A DNA stretch of 64,000 bases from the human T2T-CHM13v2.0 reference genome, Homo sapiens, in assembly GCF_009914755.1 (NCBI RefSeq), contig NC_060931.1; one strand, written 5' to 3'. The notes beneath the pieces are model-generated. The model was not told where the DNA came from and made no database searches. It saw only the letters and a program-made list of their open reading frames with translations. A program made the translations under genes and the position numbers. This document shows positions 1 through 14,700 of this stretch, in pieces (the stretch's first letter is position 1; the number at the start of each line of letters is the position of its first letter).

Positions 1-59
1 TTGTCAATTACCATTTACATTTCTTAGGGACGTGCTGATTAATGATAACACATGTTAAA

Positions 60-797
60 AGCATCAGAGGGAAAGAGAGGTTTTGACTCCCCACTAGATC
101 TCCTGTGATACCTCCTCGCTGGGAAGTGACCGGAGTGCTTTACTATTGCTCCAGAGGTGACCTCTATTGGACAGGGATGAAAGCCCGGTCTCTCCATGAA
201 GTTTTCTGACTCCACCCTAGTGAGGAAATGGAGAGGTGCCTAGTTACTGCTGGGTGGAGACGGAATCCTAGGCAGCCTGTGTGGTCTCCACTGGCACCAC
301 GGGATGGGGTCTTATTATTACCTAGAGGGGATGGAAGTCCCTATTCTCTACCCAGCCTTCTGTGACACGACACTGGCCAATGGGTTGTGGTGCCTCATTA
401 TAGACTGGCATGAATGGAAGTCTAGGTACTTCAATCTAGAATATAGTGGTTATTGTCTAAAAGCCTTCATTTTGTGAGGCTGCCCCGTTCTTAGTCCTTT
501 AGCTAGAGAGACTAGGCTTTTGTTGTTGTTGTTCTTTGTCTACTCTTATGTGTGTTTCCAGGTTGCCAGTTGCCAGAAACTTCAGCTCCAGGTTAGGAGA
601 TATGAGGCAAAAAGAAAATCCAGGAGCTCACCAGCATATCATTCATCAGGGTCATGGCCCCTAGACAGCTTGCCTCTTCTTTCCTCCCTTTAAAGAATTC
701 TTCATTTTGTTTTATACATAATATCCAAGGATTTTAGATGGACTTAACAGGACACATAGGGAAATATATATCTAATACATCCTCATGGAAGCAGAAA
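60..797 (-). mobile_element. Ancient L1 5' region fragment (L1M4/L1MC-type)
   Basis: Reverse complement of ~797 reads TTCTGCTTCCATGAGGATG..., resembling old L1 5' ends; the body resembles recalled L1M4/L1MC 5'UTR sequence. Confidence 0.55.
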
Positions 798-1059
798 TTG
801 TACATTAAAACCTTTTTTGCCATAATGAATGTAGAAATTCCATAATAAAGTAATTGTTAACTAAGTGGCAAAGTGATTATAGACATAGGGTGCATTATAT
901 CAAATTATCAAATTTTATTTTAAAAGCTTTTAATAACATGAAAATATATCCTTTACCTGTGAAATGAAAAAGACACAATTGTATATGATATTTACTATAT
1001 CTTTGTGTGTGCATATATTAACTATATTTTGACTATGCAGATAAAATATATGGACCAGA

Positions 1060-1700
1060 ATCACTGGTAATTAAGAAGATGCATATTAAAGCAGTGAGAT
1101 ACATTTCACACACATTCGATTGAAAAAAGTTTAAATGATTGATAATTCCAAATGTTGTCCAGATTGGGAGGAAACAGGATCTGGTACATTGCTACCAGTT
1201 TAGGTGAGTTTAGGTGAGTGCAACTGCTTTTGGAGAGCAATTTGTCTATAACTAGCCAAATTAGAGTTGCATTATTTTCTAAAACCAGAAACTCTACATA
1301 TAAACATGTGCCACAGAAGGAGGGAGATAAACAAAGATGTTCGTTGTAACACTTCACACTTTTAAAACTTTGAAAGTAATGAAAATAAGTTAATTATTCA
1401 AATATAGGGGAAAGGTGTATAATCAATATGGTATATATATAATATGATAGTTAAAATGAATAAACTAGTTTTATGTGTAACAACATGGAGCTACTGCAAA
1501 AACATGAGAGAAAATAATCAATTATAAAATGTATAATATTATTTATGAAATTAAATGACATATAAAACTATATAATTATATGTGTATAAAATATAACTAT
1601 ATCTGCATAAAAATGATATATTAATTTTGTAATGTTGGTTATGTCTGAAAATGGAATGAGGGGCAAAGCACGAGGGAGTAGGAGCTTAGCAATGGCTGTA
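1060..1700 (+). mobile_element. Old L1 (L1ME-type) 3' fragment
   Basis: Degenerate ORF2 3' motifs: ATTAAAGCAGTGAGATACATTTCACA, CAACTGCTTTTGGAGAGCAATTT. Confidence 0.6.
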
Positions 1701-2784
1701 ACATGTTTTTCCCTTAAAAGTAAAGATAGCTAAGGAAAAGATGGCAACAGATTAGAAACTGTGGTTCACATGATTTTTACCGTGTAGTCCATTAAAGAAC
1801 ATTTTAAACAAACTTATTATTTGTAATAAAACAATGTGACATCATCATCTTCTTCATTATAAACGGATCTATTTTGTTTAAGAAGTTGTTAGATTCTGCT
1901 TAATAAACACTGGGTTTCATCCTCAAAGATGAGAGTGGAATAGCTTTCTAAATCATTGATTTTAAATTAGCGACAAAGTAGAAGCTATTTTTAAAGTATT
2001 TTAGCCAATCCACCTATCTTGAGTACTACTAGTTTCATCAATGAAAGTTCATTTTTAACTTTCAATATTCTATGGATTAAGAGAATTAAAACACTTGCTC
2101 TGGTACTTCTGGAATGTAGTCTTTTGACTAAATGCTTATTAACCTACCCTGAATATACATTACTAATTTAGCAATTTCCATCCCTTAGTATAAACCAAAT
2201 AACTAATACACTCATTCATTTTTCAATGCTTATTCCGATGTATTTTAAAATATATGTGACACTGACTGTGTATTTAGTATTTACATGAAGTGTTGATATT
2301 AATTTTATAATAAAAGGAACATTTAAGAAAGAAAAATAATTAGTGAATTTCAAAAACGCATGCTATATTGAAGAAGAGAGTGCTGAAAATAAGTCAATGT
2401 ACTAAAGTTATATGAAACAAGGTAAGAAGCATGTATTTACCCTATATCTAGAAAACTTGCATGTAAGAATATAAAACCAAATATAGAACAGTAATAGCTC
2501 ATGCCCTCCAAGAATGTAAGCATACACATAATTTTTAACTTGAGTGCCTCTGCAACAAAAAGTGAATTATATCTAATTTTCTAAATATCAAATTATATGA
2601 AGTTTCAAGGACCAGATTAAAGGACAATAGTAAAGGAACTAATAGTTCTACCTTGTGCTTTAAGATACAACAGTGTAAATCATTGCTTTTGGTAGGGAGT
2701 TAAGGGAAAGGTTATTTTTTGTTAGTTGTTTTGTTTCCTACCTGGTACAGATCAGAGAGTAAGGGTGCAAATTTGGAGGAGTAC

Positions 2785-2970
2785 ACAACTCTGCCATATA
2801 ATAGTTGTATGGCATTGGATAATTTATTTCTCTGTCTTAGTTTTGTTTTTTTAATCTGTAAATGTAGCTACTAAAAGTGCTTATTGTGAGGATTAAATGA
2901 GCTATTTAATGGAAAAATCTTAGAACATCATCTTCCATACAGTAAATGCTTAATAAATGTTTTCTATAAA
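2785..2970 (+). mobile_element. MIR SINE
   Basis: Core ATCTGTAAATG...TTGTGAGGATTAAATGAG...CAGTAAATGCTTAATAAATG. Confidence 0.75.
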
Positions 2971-3255
2971 TATCATTGCTATTAGTGTTATCTGTAAAAT
3001 AATGGCAAAATAATGGGACTAATTACTATTAATTATTGTAGGGAGTCATGCCTGTCCACAGTGATCATCATGAAAGTTTCTCACTGATAGCCTACTCTTC
3101 TGCCATTATAGGTTCCACTGTAGTTGGATGAGCAAAAGTAACTAGTCCCAGGCAATGCAGTCACTGGAAAAGTTGAGTACATTTCTAGTATAGTACACTC
3201 CAGAGTTCCCTTTGATTGTTGTAGTGACTGGAAGCGTCAGTCTAGAGTTGATATT

Positions 3256-3544
3256 TGTATTAGTATTCTAGGGTTTCCACAACAAAATATCACAGACTGC
3301 ATGGCTTACACAACAGAAACGTCTGTCTCTGAGTTCTGGAAGCTGGAAGTCCCAGGTCAAGGTCCTGTGGGATTCAGGTTTTGGTACGGGCTCTCTTTCT
3401 GACTTGCAGGTAGTTGCCTTCTCAATGTCCTCATCTGGCTTTCCTCTGAGTGTATTTATAAAGCAATGAATCCTTTTAGATTGGGGTCTCATGCTTATGA
3501 CAACAATTAAAATTAGTAACACCCTAAATAATCTATCTCTAAAT
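3256..3544 (-). mobile_element. MaLR LTR (MLT1A/B-type), 3' portion only
   Basis: Reverse complement runs from ATTTAGAGATAG to the LTR end CTAATACA; cut by Tigger1. Confidence 0.85.
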
Positions 3545-3545
3545 G

Positions 3546-5986
3546 GAGGCATACCTCAGAGATACTGTGGGTTTGGTTCCAGGCCACCACAATGAAGTGA
3601 ATATCAGAATAAACAGAGTCAACCAGTTTTTTTGTTTGTTTTCCAGTGCATACAAAAATTATATTTTCACTTTACCATGGTTTTAATGTGTGTAATAGCA
3701 TTACAACTAAAACAGCAATGTACATATCTTCACTGAAAACACTTTATTGCTAAAACAAACAAACCAACCCTAACAATCACCTGAGCCTTCAGTTTTGTAA
3801 GATTTTGCTAGTAGAGGGTCTTGCCTCCATGTTGATGGCTGCTGACTGATCAGGAAGGTGGTTGCCTAAGGTTGAGGTGGCTGTGGCAATTTCTTAAAAT
3901 TAGACAATAATGATGTTTGCTGCATCTATTGACTCTTCATGAAAGAGTTCTCTGTAGCATGTGATGCTATTTGATAGCATTATATCCACAGTAAAACTTC
4001 TTTCAAAATTGGAATCAATCTTCTCAAACCCTGCTGCTTGCTGCTTTACTAACCAAGTTTATGTAGCAGTCTAAATGCTTTGTTGTCATTTCAACAATAT
4101 TCACAACATGTTTTCCAAGAGTAGGTTCCATCTCAATAAGTCACTTTTTTTGGTCATCTAGATGAAGCAATTTCTCATCCATTCAAGTTTTATCATGTGA
4201 TTGCAGCAATCCTGTAACATCTTCAGGGTCCATTTCAAATTCTAATTCTCTTGCTATTTCTATCACATCCTCACAGAATTCCTTCACTGCAGTCTTGAAT
4301 GCTTCAAAGTTATCCATGATGGTTGGGATTAAAAACTCCTGTTAAATTCCTTCTTAAAAATTCCTGTTACTGTCATTATTTTGACATCCTCCCATGAATC
4401 ACGAATGTTCTTAATCACATATAGAATGGTGAATTCTTCCCGGAAGATTTTTCGCTAACTTTGCCCACATCCATCAAATGAATCGCTGTGTATGGCAGCT
4501 ATAGTCTTTGAAATGTATTGCATAAATAATGAGACTTGAAAGTCAAAATGACTGCTTGATCCATGGGCTGCAGATTGGATGTTGTGTTGCAGGGATATAG
4601 CAACATTAATGTCCTTGTACATGTCCATCAGAGCTCTTGAGTGACCAGGGGCGTTTTCAATGAGCAGTAATATTTTGAAAGAAACATTTTTTGCGTGAGC
4701 AGGAGGTCTCAAAATTTGGCTTAAAATATCCACTAAATTATGCTGTAAACAGATGTGCTGTCATCAGGCTTGTCTCATTTATATAGCACAGGCAGAGTAG
4801 ATTTAGCATACCTCTTAATGGTCCCAGGGCTTTAGAAATGGTAAATAAGCCTTGGTTTCAGCTTCAAGTCAGCAGCTGCCTTAGTCCCTAGCAAGAGAGT
4901 CCTCCTGTCCTTTGAAGCTTTGAAGCCAGGGATTGATTTCTCTTTAGCTATGAAAGTCCTAGATGGCACTTTCATAGCACTTCCAATATAAGGCTGTTTT
5001 GTCTACAGTAAAAATCTGTCATTGAGTGTAGCTACTTTCATCAATTATCTTAGCTAGATATTATGGATAACTTGCTGCAGCTTCTCCATTGCTGCGGCTT
5101 CTCCATCAGTACTGTATACTTCACCTTGCACTTTTATGTTGTAGAGATAGTTTATTTCCTTAAACTTTGTGAACCAACCTCAACTAGCTTTAAACTTTTC
5201 TTCTGCAGCTTTCACACCTCTCTCAGCTTTCATAGACTTAAAGAGAGTTAGGCTTTGTTCTAGATTATGCTTTTGCTTACGGGAATGTTGTGGTTGGTTT
5301 TGATCTTCTATCCAAAACACTAAAACTTTTTCATATCAGCAATAAGGCTGTTTCACATTCCTATTATTCATGTCTTCACTGGAGTAGCACTTTGAATTTC
5401 CTTCAAGAGCTTTCCATTGCATTCATAACATAGCTAACTAGCCTAAGAGGCCTACCTTTCAGCCTATCTCTGCTTTCAACATGCCTCCCTTAAAACACTT
5501 AATCACTTTTAGCTTTTGATTGAAAGTGAGAGACTACAACTCTTTCTTCCGCTTGAACACTGAGAAGCCATTGTAGGGTTATTAATTGACACAACTGCAA
5601 TACTGTTGTATCTCAAGGAATAGGGAGGCCCAAGCAGAAAGAGAAAGACAGGAAACCGCCAGTCAGTGGAGCAGTCAGAGCACATACAACATTTATTGAT
5701 GAAGCTTGCCATCTTATGTGGTAACCCAAAACAAGTACAATAGTAACATCAAAGATTACTGATCACAGGCAACTATTACAGATATAATAATAATATAAAA
5801 ATGTTAAATATTATGAGAGTTACCAAAACATGACACAAAGACACAAAGTGAGCACATGCTGTTAAAAAAAAAAAAACTACCTGTAGACTTGTTCAACCCA
5901 GGGTTGTCACAAACCCTTAATTCGTGAAAAAAAGCAGTTTCTGCAAAGTTTAGTAAGGCAAAGCACAATAAAATGATGTATGCTAG
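3546..5986 (-). mobile_element. Full-length Tigger1 (pogo-like DNA transposon) with decayed transposase
   Basis: Both TIRs present (GAGGCATACCTC at 3546; GATGTATGCTAG-TA ending 5986-5988); ~2.44 kb; ORF 4455-4733 contains the DDE-domain segment FKILLLIENAPGH. Confidence 0.95.
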
Positions 5987-8128
5987 TATCTGATAAGAAC
6001 TATATAGCAATTCTTATCCTTTTCCCTTTTCCCATAATATTTATTTTCTTCTCTACCTTTAGAGTTTTCTCTTTGTTGTGTTCAGCAAGTTGAGCATGAC
6101 ATATTAGGGTGTGTATACGTGTTTGCCCATGTGCATGCTCATGTGTGTTTTAGTTTTTCTTCTGCTTAGTGATCTTTGAGTTTCATTTTTCCATTGTTTG
6201 TTATTTGTCATTGCTTTGGGGAAATTCTCGACCCTTATTTTCTTTAAAATTTATTCTGACATTTTCTCCCTCTCTTCTTCTGGGGTTCCAAGTAGATATA
6301 CAATAGACTGCTTGATGTTATCTCAAAACTCTTGAATGCCTAGTATTGTTTTTATCTCACTTTTCTGTCCCTTTGTACTTCATCTTGTAAAATTTCTATT
6401 AATCTGTTTGAGTTCACTGATTAATTTCTTAGTTGTGTTGAGTCCACTGATGAACCCATGATAACATTCTTTATCTATGTTACCATGCTTTTTATTTCCT
6501 GTCATTTCCATATGATTCTTTCTCATAGTTTCCATCGCTCTCCTGAAATTACCCATCTGATCTTGCATGTTGCCCACCTTTCCAGTGGACCCCTCAGCAT
6601 ATTGATCATAATTATTTTAATTGCCATGAGTCTAAAATCTATGTCATATTTGTGTCTGATCCACTCTTAATTGCTTTGTATTTGGAAGTGAGTTTTTTTC
6701 TTGTCATTTCATATGTCTTGCGATTTTTTTTTTTATAAAAGATGACCTGTTTAAGATAGTAGAGACCGAAGTAAATAATTTGTGCAAGGAATTGTGCACA
6801 CTTTTCCTTCTATTGGTTTTTGGTGTGGAGTTGTGTTCATTTTATCAGGTTTTAAGCTGGTTTTGAGGTTGATTAACATTACCATTATCCCCAGTGTGCT
6901 ATGGACTCTAAATTTTTTTTTTTTTTTGAGACAGAGTATCGCCCTATCACCTGGGCTGGAGTATAGTGGCGCGATCTTGACTCACTACAACCTCCATCTC
7001 CCGGGTTCAAGTGATTCTTCTGCCTCAGCCTCCCAAGTAGCTAGGATTACAGGCACCCACCACCACATCCAGCTAATTTTTTGTATTTTTAGTAGAGACG
7101 AGGTTTCACTATGTTGGCCAGGCTGTTCTCAAACTGCTGACCTCGTGATTCTCCCACCTCAGCCTCCCAAAGTGCTGGGATTATAGGCGTGAGCCACCGC
7201 GCCCAGCAAGACTCTAAATTTTACTGACATTAGCATGTGTGTAGGGTTGTGTACGGTAGGAGGTGGTGCGCGGAGGGTCTTTCTCAATATCAGTTCCAGG
7301 CTTAGATTTAGAACATCTTTTACCTTGTTTCTCAGAGACAGCTTGCTTCTTAAAGCTCCCTCATCAGTATTACAGTCTTATTTATACTTGATGCTTGTTA
7401 GCAAGCTGATTGGGGTAGTGTTCTGTTCTCTGAAATTCTGATTAAATCTTAGGCAGATAATTTGTCCCTCAGTCTCAGGGATATGACCTTCACAAATATT
7501 CTTTCCCCTCTTGTCACTGTAGCTCTGAGCCCAGCTGGCATTCCTGCCCCTCATTCAGGATAGAGGCTTTTTGTTGCTGTTGTTTCTTTTTCTTTTGCCA
7601 GTGCTGTATGGGTGGCAATTTGGTGGCCCTTTCACCTACAGTCTGAAATTTCTATTCCAAAGAGAGGAGAGGAAAGCAGTGTCTGAGCAGTCTCACGACC
7701 CCTCTGCAGCAGCTGCTCCCCTCCCTCAGGTCTGCACTATGAGGGATGCTTTCTTAGGACCTTTCTGTCTTACATATAAGCTTCTGAAGAGTTTCATAGA
7801 GGACAGTCATACAACAGGGCACTAAAAACTTTTATATCTGCAATCCCTAGGCGCTTCATACTCTCCATACTTGACCTCGATCAATTTGTCAATTACTGTA
7901 GCTGAATTCTTCTTATTGGTGTTTGCCACACATAACCAAGTGTGTGCATCCCGCCCCTCTCTGTAGGTGCCTGTTTGTCTCCAGATTTTTGTCTAGTTGG
8001 TTGCCTTGAGACTTCACCTTTCTGATGGATTCAGAAAAATTGCAAACTTGAAGATTTCTGCCTTTTGTCTTTTAAGTTTGAGATCGACATTTTCCATCTT
8101 TCTTCATCCTTCAGTGGAAACTGGAAGT
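5987..8128 (-). mobile_element. Old L1 5'UTR/ORF1 portion (L1M4/L1MC-type), cut at the Tigger1 TIR
   Basis: ORF1-like coiled-coil remnant (ORF 6380-6577); 5' start ACTTCCAGTTTCCACT on the minus strand near 8128. Confidence 0.7.
6913..7209 (-). mobile_element. AluS (Sg-like)
   Basis: Full dimeric Alu; TSD GACTCTAAATTTT at 6904-6916 and 7210-7222. Confidence 0.95.
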
Positions 8129-8149
8129 GCCAATGAGATTCTAATTGCC

Positions 8150-8790
8150 AAGTTCTTGGTAACTGTCAACTAAATCAGCTACCTTGCCTTTGCTATTTCT
8201 GGGACATCTTATTTTTTAAATATTTCCTATTAGTTTTATTTCTTGACATTTTCCTCCCTCTGGCCATCTCCTTTGTCTTGATGTCCCTAGAGTTCTGTCA
8301 TAAACTCCCTTTTCCTTTCTATAAACTCAACAACAATGCCATCTATGCAAATGTATTCAGCTATCATCTTTAATGACATTTAAATCTCTAACTATATCTG
8401 AGGTCATCCTCAAACCTCCTGAACTTCTCTCTTCTTGGATATCAAAGGAACTCTAAATATAACTAGAAGTAAGCTTATTTTCTGTTCTTGTTGTTCTTCC
8501 CCCTGCACATCCTATCTTGGTGAATAGCAGCAAAACTCATCTATTCTAAATGCAAAACCTATATTTCACCTAAGATTCTTTCCTGTCTTTAACTCCACAT
8601 GTCTAAACAGGCCCCAAGTCTTCAAACTTCTACTTCATTAACTTCCTTAATCATAAGTCCAACATAAGAAACTAATTGCTACTTTGTTAAAGCAGAGCAT
8701 TATCATCTTTTACTTAACCAACTGTATAGGGCCCCAATTGGCCTTTCTAATGTTAATTCTGCCACCCTTCCGACATCCTATACAACTTTC
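8150..8790 (+). mobile_element. L2 fragment, probably resuming at ~10670-10960 after the L1MA insertion
   Basis: Pyrimidine-rich L2-like motifs (CCTATCTTGGTGAATAGCA, CCCCAAGTC...TTCTAC). Confidence 0.55.
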
Positions 8791-8799
8791 TAAAATATT

Positions 8800-10660
8800 C
8801 CTACAATGAAAACCATAAAACACTGATGAAAAAAATTAAAGAGGGCACCAAAAAATGGAAAGATATTCCATGTTTATGGTTTGGACTTATCTATATTGTT
8901 CAATTGTTCCCCAAACAATAATATACATTGTGAATGTATATTCATAATGCAAACCCTATCAAAATACCAGTGACATCCTTCACAGAAATAGAAACGATAT
9001 CCTGAAATTTAAATGCAATCACGAAAGACCCAGAAACCAAAGCAATCTTGAGCAAACAGAACAAAACTGGAGACATCACATTATCTGATTCAAATTATAC
9101 TACAAAGCTATAGTCTCAAAAACAGCATAGTACTGCCATAAAAACAGACACATAGAGCAATGGAACAGAATAGAGAACTCAGAAATAAATCTGCACATTT
9201 ATAGTCAACTCACTTTTGACAAAGGTGCCAAGAATATACATTAAGAAAAGTTCATTTTCTTCAATAAATGGTACTGGGAAGATTGGATATCCATATTCAG
9301 AAAAATACAATAGACTCATCTGTCCTGCCATACATAAAAATCAAATAAAAATGGATTAAAGATTTAAGTTTAATACCTAAAACTATGAAACTACTAGAAT
9401 AAAACATTTGGAAAAAACTTCAGAACATTGTTCTAGACAAAGATTTCTTGAGTAAGATCTCAAAATCACAGGCAATCAAAGAAAAAATGGACAAATGGGA
9501 TCACATCAAGCAAAAAGCCTTTTGCACAGCAAAGAAAACAATCAACATAGTGAAGAGATAAACCACAGCAAGGGAGAAAATATCTGTAAACTACATATCT
9601 GACAAGGAATTAATAACCAGAATATATAAGAAGCTCAAATAACTCAATACAAAAAACAAAACAAATTTCAAATTTCCCAATTAGAAATAAGAAAAATATT
9701 GGAATAGATATTTCTCAAAAGAAAACATATAAATGGCCAACATTTATATTAAAAATGCTCAAAATCAATCTTTAGAGGACATAAAAATCAAAACTATATG
9801 AGACGTGATTTCACCCCAGTTAAAGTGGCTTTTATCAAAAAGACAGGCAACAGATGCTGGCAAGGAAGTAGGGAAAGGGAAATATTTATACACTGCTGGT
9901 GGGAATGTAAACCAGTGCAGCCACTATGAAGAACAGTATGGAAGTTCCTCAGAAAACTAAAAATAGGTCAACCATATGTGATCCAGCAATTCTGCTGGTA
10001 TATTTCCAAAAGAAAGGAAATCAGGATATAGAAGAGATAGTTGTACTCTTATGTTACTGCAGCACTGTTCACAATAGCCAAGATACACAATGAATCTAAG
10101 TGTCCATTAATAGGAGAATGGATTTAAAAATGTGTACATATACAAAGTGGACTATTATTCAGCTATAAAGGATGAAATCCTTTCATTTGCAGCAATATAG
10201 ATGGAAGTAGAAGACATTATGTAAAGTGAAATAAGACACGGATAGAAAGACAAATATTGCCTGTTCTCACTCATATGTGGGTGCTAAAAACAAATAAACT
10301 CATGGAGGTAGAGAGTAAATGATGATTACCAGATATTGGGAAGGGTAGTGGGGAGGGGTAAATAAAGAAGAGATTCTTAACAGATACAGAAATAGAGTTA
10401 GACAGAAGGGATAAAATCTAGTGTTCAGTAGCACCATAGGACAATTATACTTAATAATTTATTGTATATTCTAAAAGAACTAAAAGAGTGGAGTTGGAAT
10501 GTTCTTAAGATAAAGAAGTGATAAGCGTTTGAGGTGATGGATATCCTAATTAATCTGTTTTGATCATTACACAGTATGATTTTTATCAAGATAGCACATA
10601 CATTCCATAAATACATACAATTATTATGTTCCCAGAATAATTAACAGTTTAGAAAATAAA
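8800..10660 (+). mobile_element. 5'-truncated L1 (L1MA4/5-like), ORF2 3' part and 3'UTR
   Basis: Continuous ORF2 homology; 3'UTR GTTTGAGGTGATGGATATCCTAATTAATC. Confidence 0.9.
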
Positions 10661-11120
10661 TTGGATTTTTTTCTTTTCAAACTTCAGTAGTTCCGTTCCA
10701 TCTGTAGATAATATATAAGGGTATTAATAGCCTGGTCACTTTTTAACCCCTAACTATTTTTTTTTTACTCCTCCTCTCACTCTAAACTTTAGGAATGCCA
10801 AAACATAGGTTATTTTATGCTTTTTAAAATTTTGCTCAAATTATTCTATCCTGTTCCTCTGGCAGGCATCTAAAATATCTGAACTTAGCTCACATTCTCT
10901 ATGAGGCCATTTCAGAGATTTTCTTTCTTTTATAATCCATGTGTGATTTCTATCATAGCATCATTAAGACTGCTATTATAGCATCATTAATACTGAATTT
11001 CCTAATAAATATGAAATTTAATAATGCTAGTTACAGCTCAACATAGAGAAGATAGTCAGTTACTTCAATTTGTTGCAGTTTACATATAACTATAAAGAAC
11101 ATTGAAAAATCTATTAATAT

Positions 11121-11705
11121 TCAGCCATTGTGGAAAGCAATTTAGTGATTTCTCAAATAAGTTAAAATAGCACTTCCATTCAACCCAGCAATCCCATTAT
11201 TGCACATATACCCAAAGGAATATAAATTGTTCTACCATGAAGAAACACGTACGTATATGTTCATTGCATCACTATTCACAATAACAAAGACATGGAATCA
11301 ACCTAAATGCCTGTCAATGGTAGACTAGATAAAGACAATGTGGTACATACACACCATAGAATACTATGCAGCCATTAAAAACAAAACCATGTCCTTTGCA
11401 GCAACATGGATGGAGCTGGAGGCCATTATGCTAAACAAACTAACACAGAAACAGAAACCAAATGGCACATGTTCTCATTTATATGTGGGAGCTAACCATT
11501 GAGTCCACATAGACAAAAAGAAGGGAACAACAGACACTGGAGCCTGCTTGAGGGTGGAGTGTGAGGACTGAAACTCTACCTAATAGGTACTATGCTTATT
11601 ATCTGGGTGATGAAATAATCTGTACATAAAACCCCCATGAAACACAATTTACATATATAATAAACCTGCACATGTACCTTTGAACCTAAAATAAATGTTA
11701 TTTTT
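11121..11705 (+). mobile_element. 5'-truncated L1 (L1PA15/16-like) 3' end
   Basis: L1 3'UTR; exact 15-bp TSD AAAATCTATTAATAT at 11106-11120 and 11706-11720. Confidence 0.92.
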
Positions 11706-14700
11706 AAAATCTATTAATATAAATAATACTATCAATAGCAGAAAGCAACAACTTTATCCAGATTTCCCATGTCATGTACATTACCCATTTTCTTTCCTCT
11801 TTACACTATGTAGTGTATCATTTGACCCTTTTCAAAACTAACAACAAAATCTGTCAAAAAGAATACTGTTCACTTGAAGATATGCCAAGCTGTGTTTTTC
11901 TCAACAAAATGCCATAAGATTATTTTGTATAGTCTTCATTTTGACTTTCAGTTTTTCCAAGTCTTTTTATCTACTTTTATAAACATTTGCACACATTTAT
12001 ACAAACATTGTAAGCATTTATAGAAAATTACAAAGGTCAATAAACAACTCTAGATCGATCAATTTTGCTATTTAGTTAATCAATTTGTTGAGCAATATTT
12101 AGTAAAAGACCTTTTATAAAGGTCTATGAATCTGCAGTGCAGTTTGGGGAGTAAGAACTCACGCACCATTTCAGGAAGCTGATTATTTGGGACATAAAGG
12201 GACTGAGAAGAAAGAGTAGTTTTGTATGCTTTTGTAGATTACCCAGATGACCTATAAAGAGATTTTTGGGAAGCTCTGTGAAATCCTTTAGCCAAGTTTA
12301 CTCTGGCAGCAGCAACCCTTGCTGCCTTCGCTCTGAGTGCTTTGGCTCCAACTTTCGGGAAGTAGGGAACTATTTTTATTTCCCATTGGCTTCCACACTG
12401 GAATTCCCTGACCAAGAGACTTAAAAGTCCATCAAACTGGCTTTTTCTCCAATGTAAAAAAATGTTGTACCAAAATATTATAACTTCCGATCTCTAAGAC
12501 TGCTTATAATGAACATTCTCTAGATGTAGAAGCATTAGAAGTTGTAGCTCTATTATTTTTATTGTGGTTTTTAAATAACACAGTCATTCAGATTTGTTAT
12601 TAATCATTTCAAATAGTCATTCCTTAAAATATTATCATATGCTTATTAACCAAGACAATAAAAATGGAAACAATATATTAGTCAGTAACTATTGCTGTAC
12701 TAATAACACACTACATAGCACTAAACAATCAAACACAATATTTTCTTAAAAATGAGACTAGTATTCAGCATACTGTTCTTTTCCTGTTGTGTCTAATTTT
12801 GTTTTGCAAATTCTAAAATTTGTTAGTGAATATTTCTTGTTCATATGGAACAATCTTTGAATATTATATCATTGCTGCACCTCACTAATGATTTAGTGGA
12901 CTTATAAATCATTAGAAACACTGATCTGGTTGATGATGCATTTGAGTAATATACATCATGAGGAAAAGGTGCTTCAGTGATCTATTACTCTAAAGATGGT
13001 GCTGTGTAGAATCAAATCCAGGAACACTTCTAGTTACTGCAGAGAATCCCTGCTCTGGAGAGGGCTTCACTTAAAAAAATTCACTATCTTTTGGCTAAGT
13101 TTTAACCCATTGTTAAATATTTTGTCATTTCACTCTATTTGTTTCCAAAAGCAGACATTCAGACAAATATATCATAGTATAGAGTGAAAATTATTTTCTT
13201 TCTTCATCAAGAAATGCATTGACAAAAACATTTTGGATTTTCATTGAATATTAAGTTTCTATATCTGTTAGTGATACTATATGAGATCATACAATACAGA
13301 AATGTTTTTATCCTCAATATTAATCATCATTTTGCATACTCTAAAATAGCAATACTAGAATTATGTGACTCTGGAGATACATTTACAATCACTATTAACC
13401 AAGAGCCAGATGACTACTGTGTGAGCTGTAGTCTTTAAAATAGAGTAACTTAAAAAGAAGTTCTCAGAGATCATTCAATTGAATTTTGAGCCCTACATGT
13501 TTAAGACATAGTTTATTAATCTTCTAATTTTTCATTGTTTTCAAATATTATTCTACTCTTAATTTTCTACATGTGAGAAATAGAGTGTATTTTTTTTACA
13601 ATAACTCATTAAGTAATAGACTCAAACTCTAAAGTTGAATAGACAGCGCTTTATTTTCTATTTTTTAATAAAAATAATCAACCTGACAAACTAAATGAAC
13701 ACTTTATACACTTTTAATATTAGTATAAAATGATACCATCAAAACCTTATACAGATGCCTTACTCTATGTTGTGAAAAGAAAGTTCTGAGTTTTGCAGAT
13801 TCTTTCTCTGATTCGGATGCCTATTTAATTAATTTGATTAATCACTGCTCTAAAATAACTCAATGCCTTGGATTTTAGAAAAATTGACCCAATAGTCCCA
13901 AAGAAGGGATAAATCTCTTTTATTTCCCTCCAATATACTCCACTCCCACCCTTCCTAATCCAGGACCCATCTAATTTTTGCCCAAAGCTGGTAGGCAGAA
14001 AACATATTCATTATTTTTAGGATAAATCCTGGTCTCTACTCAAAAAGAAATAACTGACTCCTTGATCCACAGTGGACAGTTACTATAGCCAGAAGGTATA
14101 GTTTTCAAGAGTGCGAGTAATAGAGTGTTAAATCACACGTGTACATTTACAGTCTCAGACACATGCTATTTAGCCCTAGTAATATCTTCTGTGTTGGGGG
14201 AAGAGAACATCATACTGACCCACCTCCCATTGCAGTAGTCCAGTACCTCTCACAGTCTTCTGTCCGTATGTAGCACATCTTGTAAGAATAAGCAATAGTT
14301 CTTTGGCATAGGACAGCTCAAATTCAGATTAACAAAAATAACATAATTTGTTTTATGTAATCTAAAGAGTCTTAAGTACTTCATAAATTTGCGTCTATTT
14401 CTATCATGAAGCACAACACTTAACATATTTATAAATTGCCCATTTGGTTTACCTTCAAACCCCTCTAACTTTTCCAAGGACAATACAGGGTACTTACTTT
14501 AAATCTGTTTCATTAAACAACCTGATAAAGTGATTTTCCCAGTATAAAGAAGCCCTTAGCTCCAAAAGGTAAATTCCAAACATTTTTTGGATGGTATAAA
14601 ATGCTTATGATTTTGAAATTGGCAGTTTTTCCTGCTAGGCCTTACGGGATGTCTCATTATACAAGCTTCAGGAAAGAAATTTAAACTTATTTGAAAAAAA

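Noticed and set aside
10952-10996. Short tandem duplications (also ~1198-1219 and ~5083-5107)
   Set aside because: Ordinary two-copy slippage duplications.
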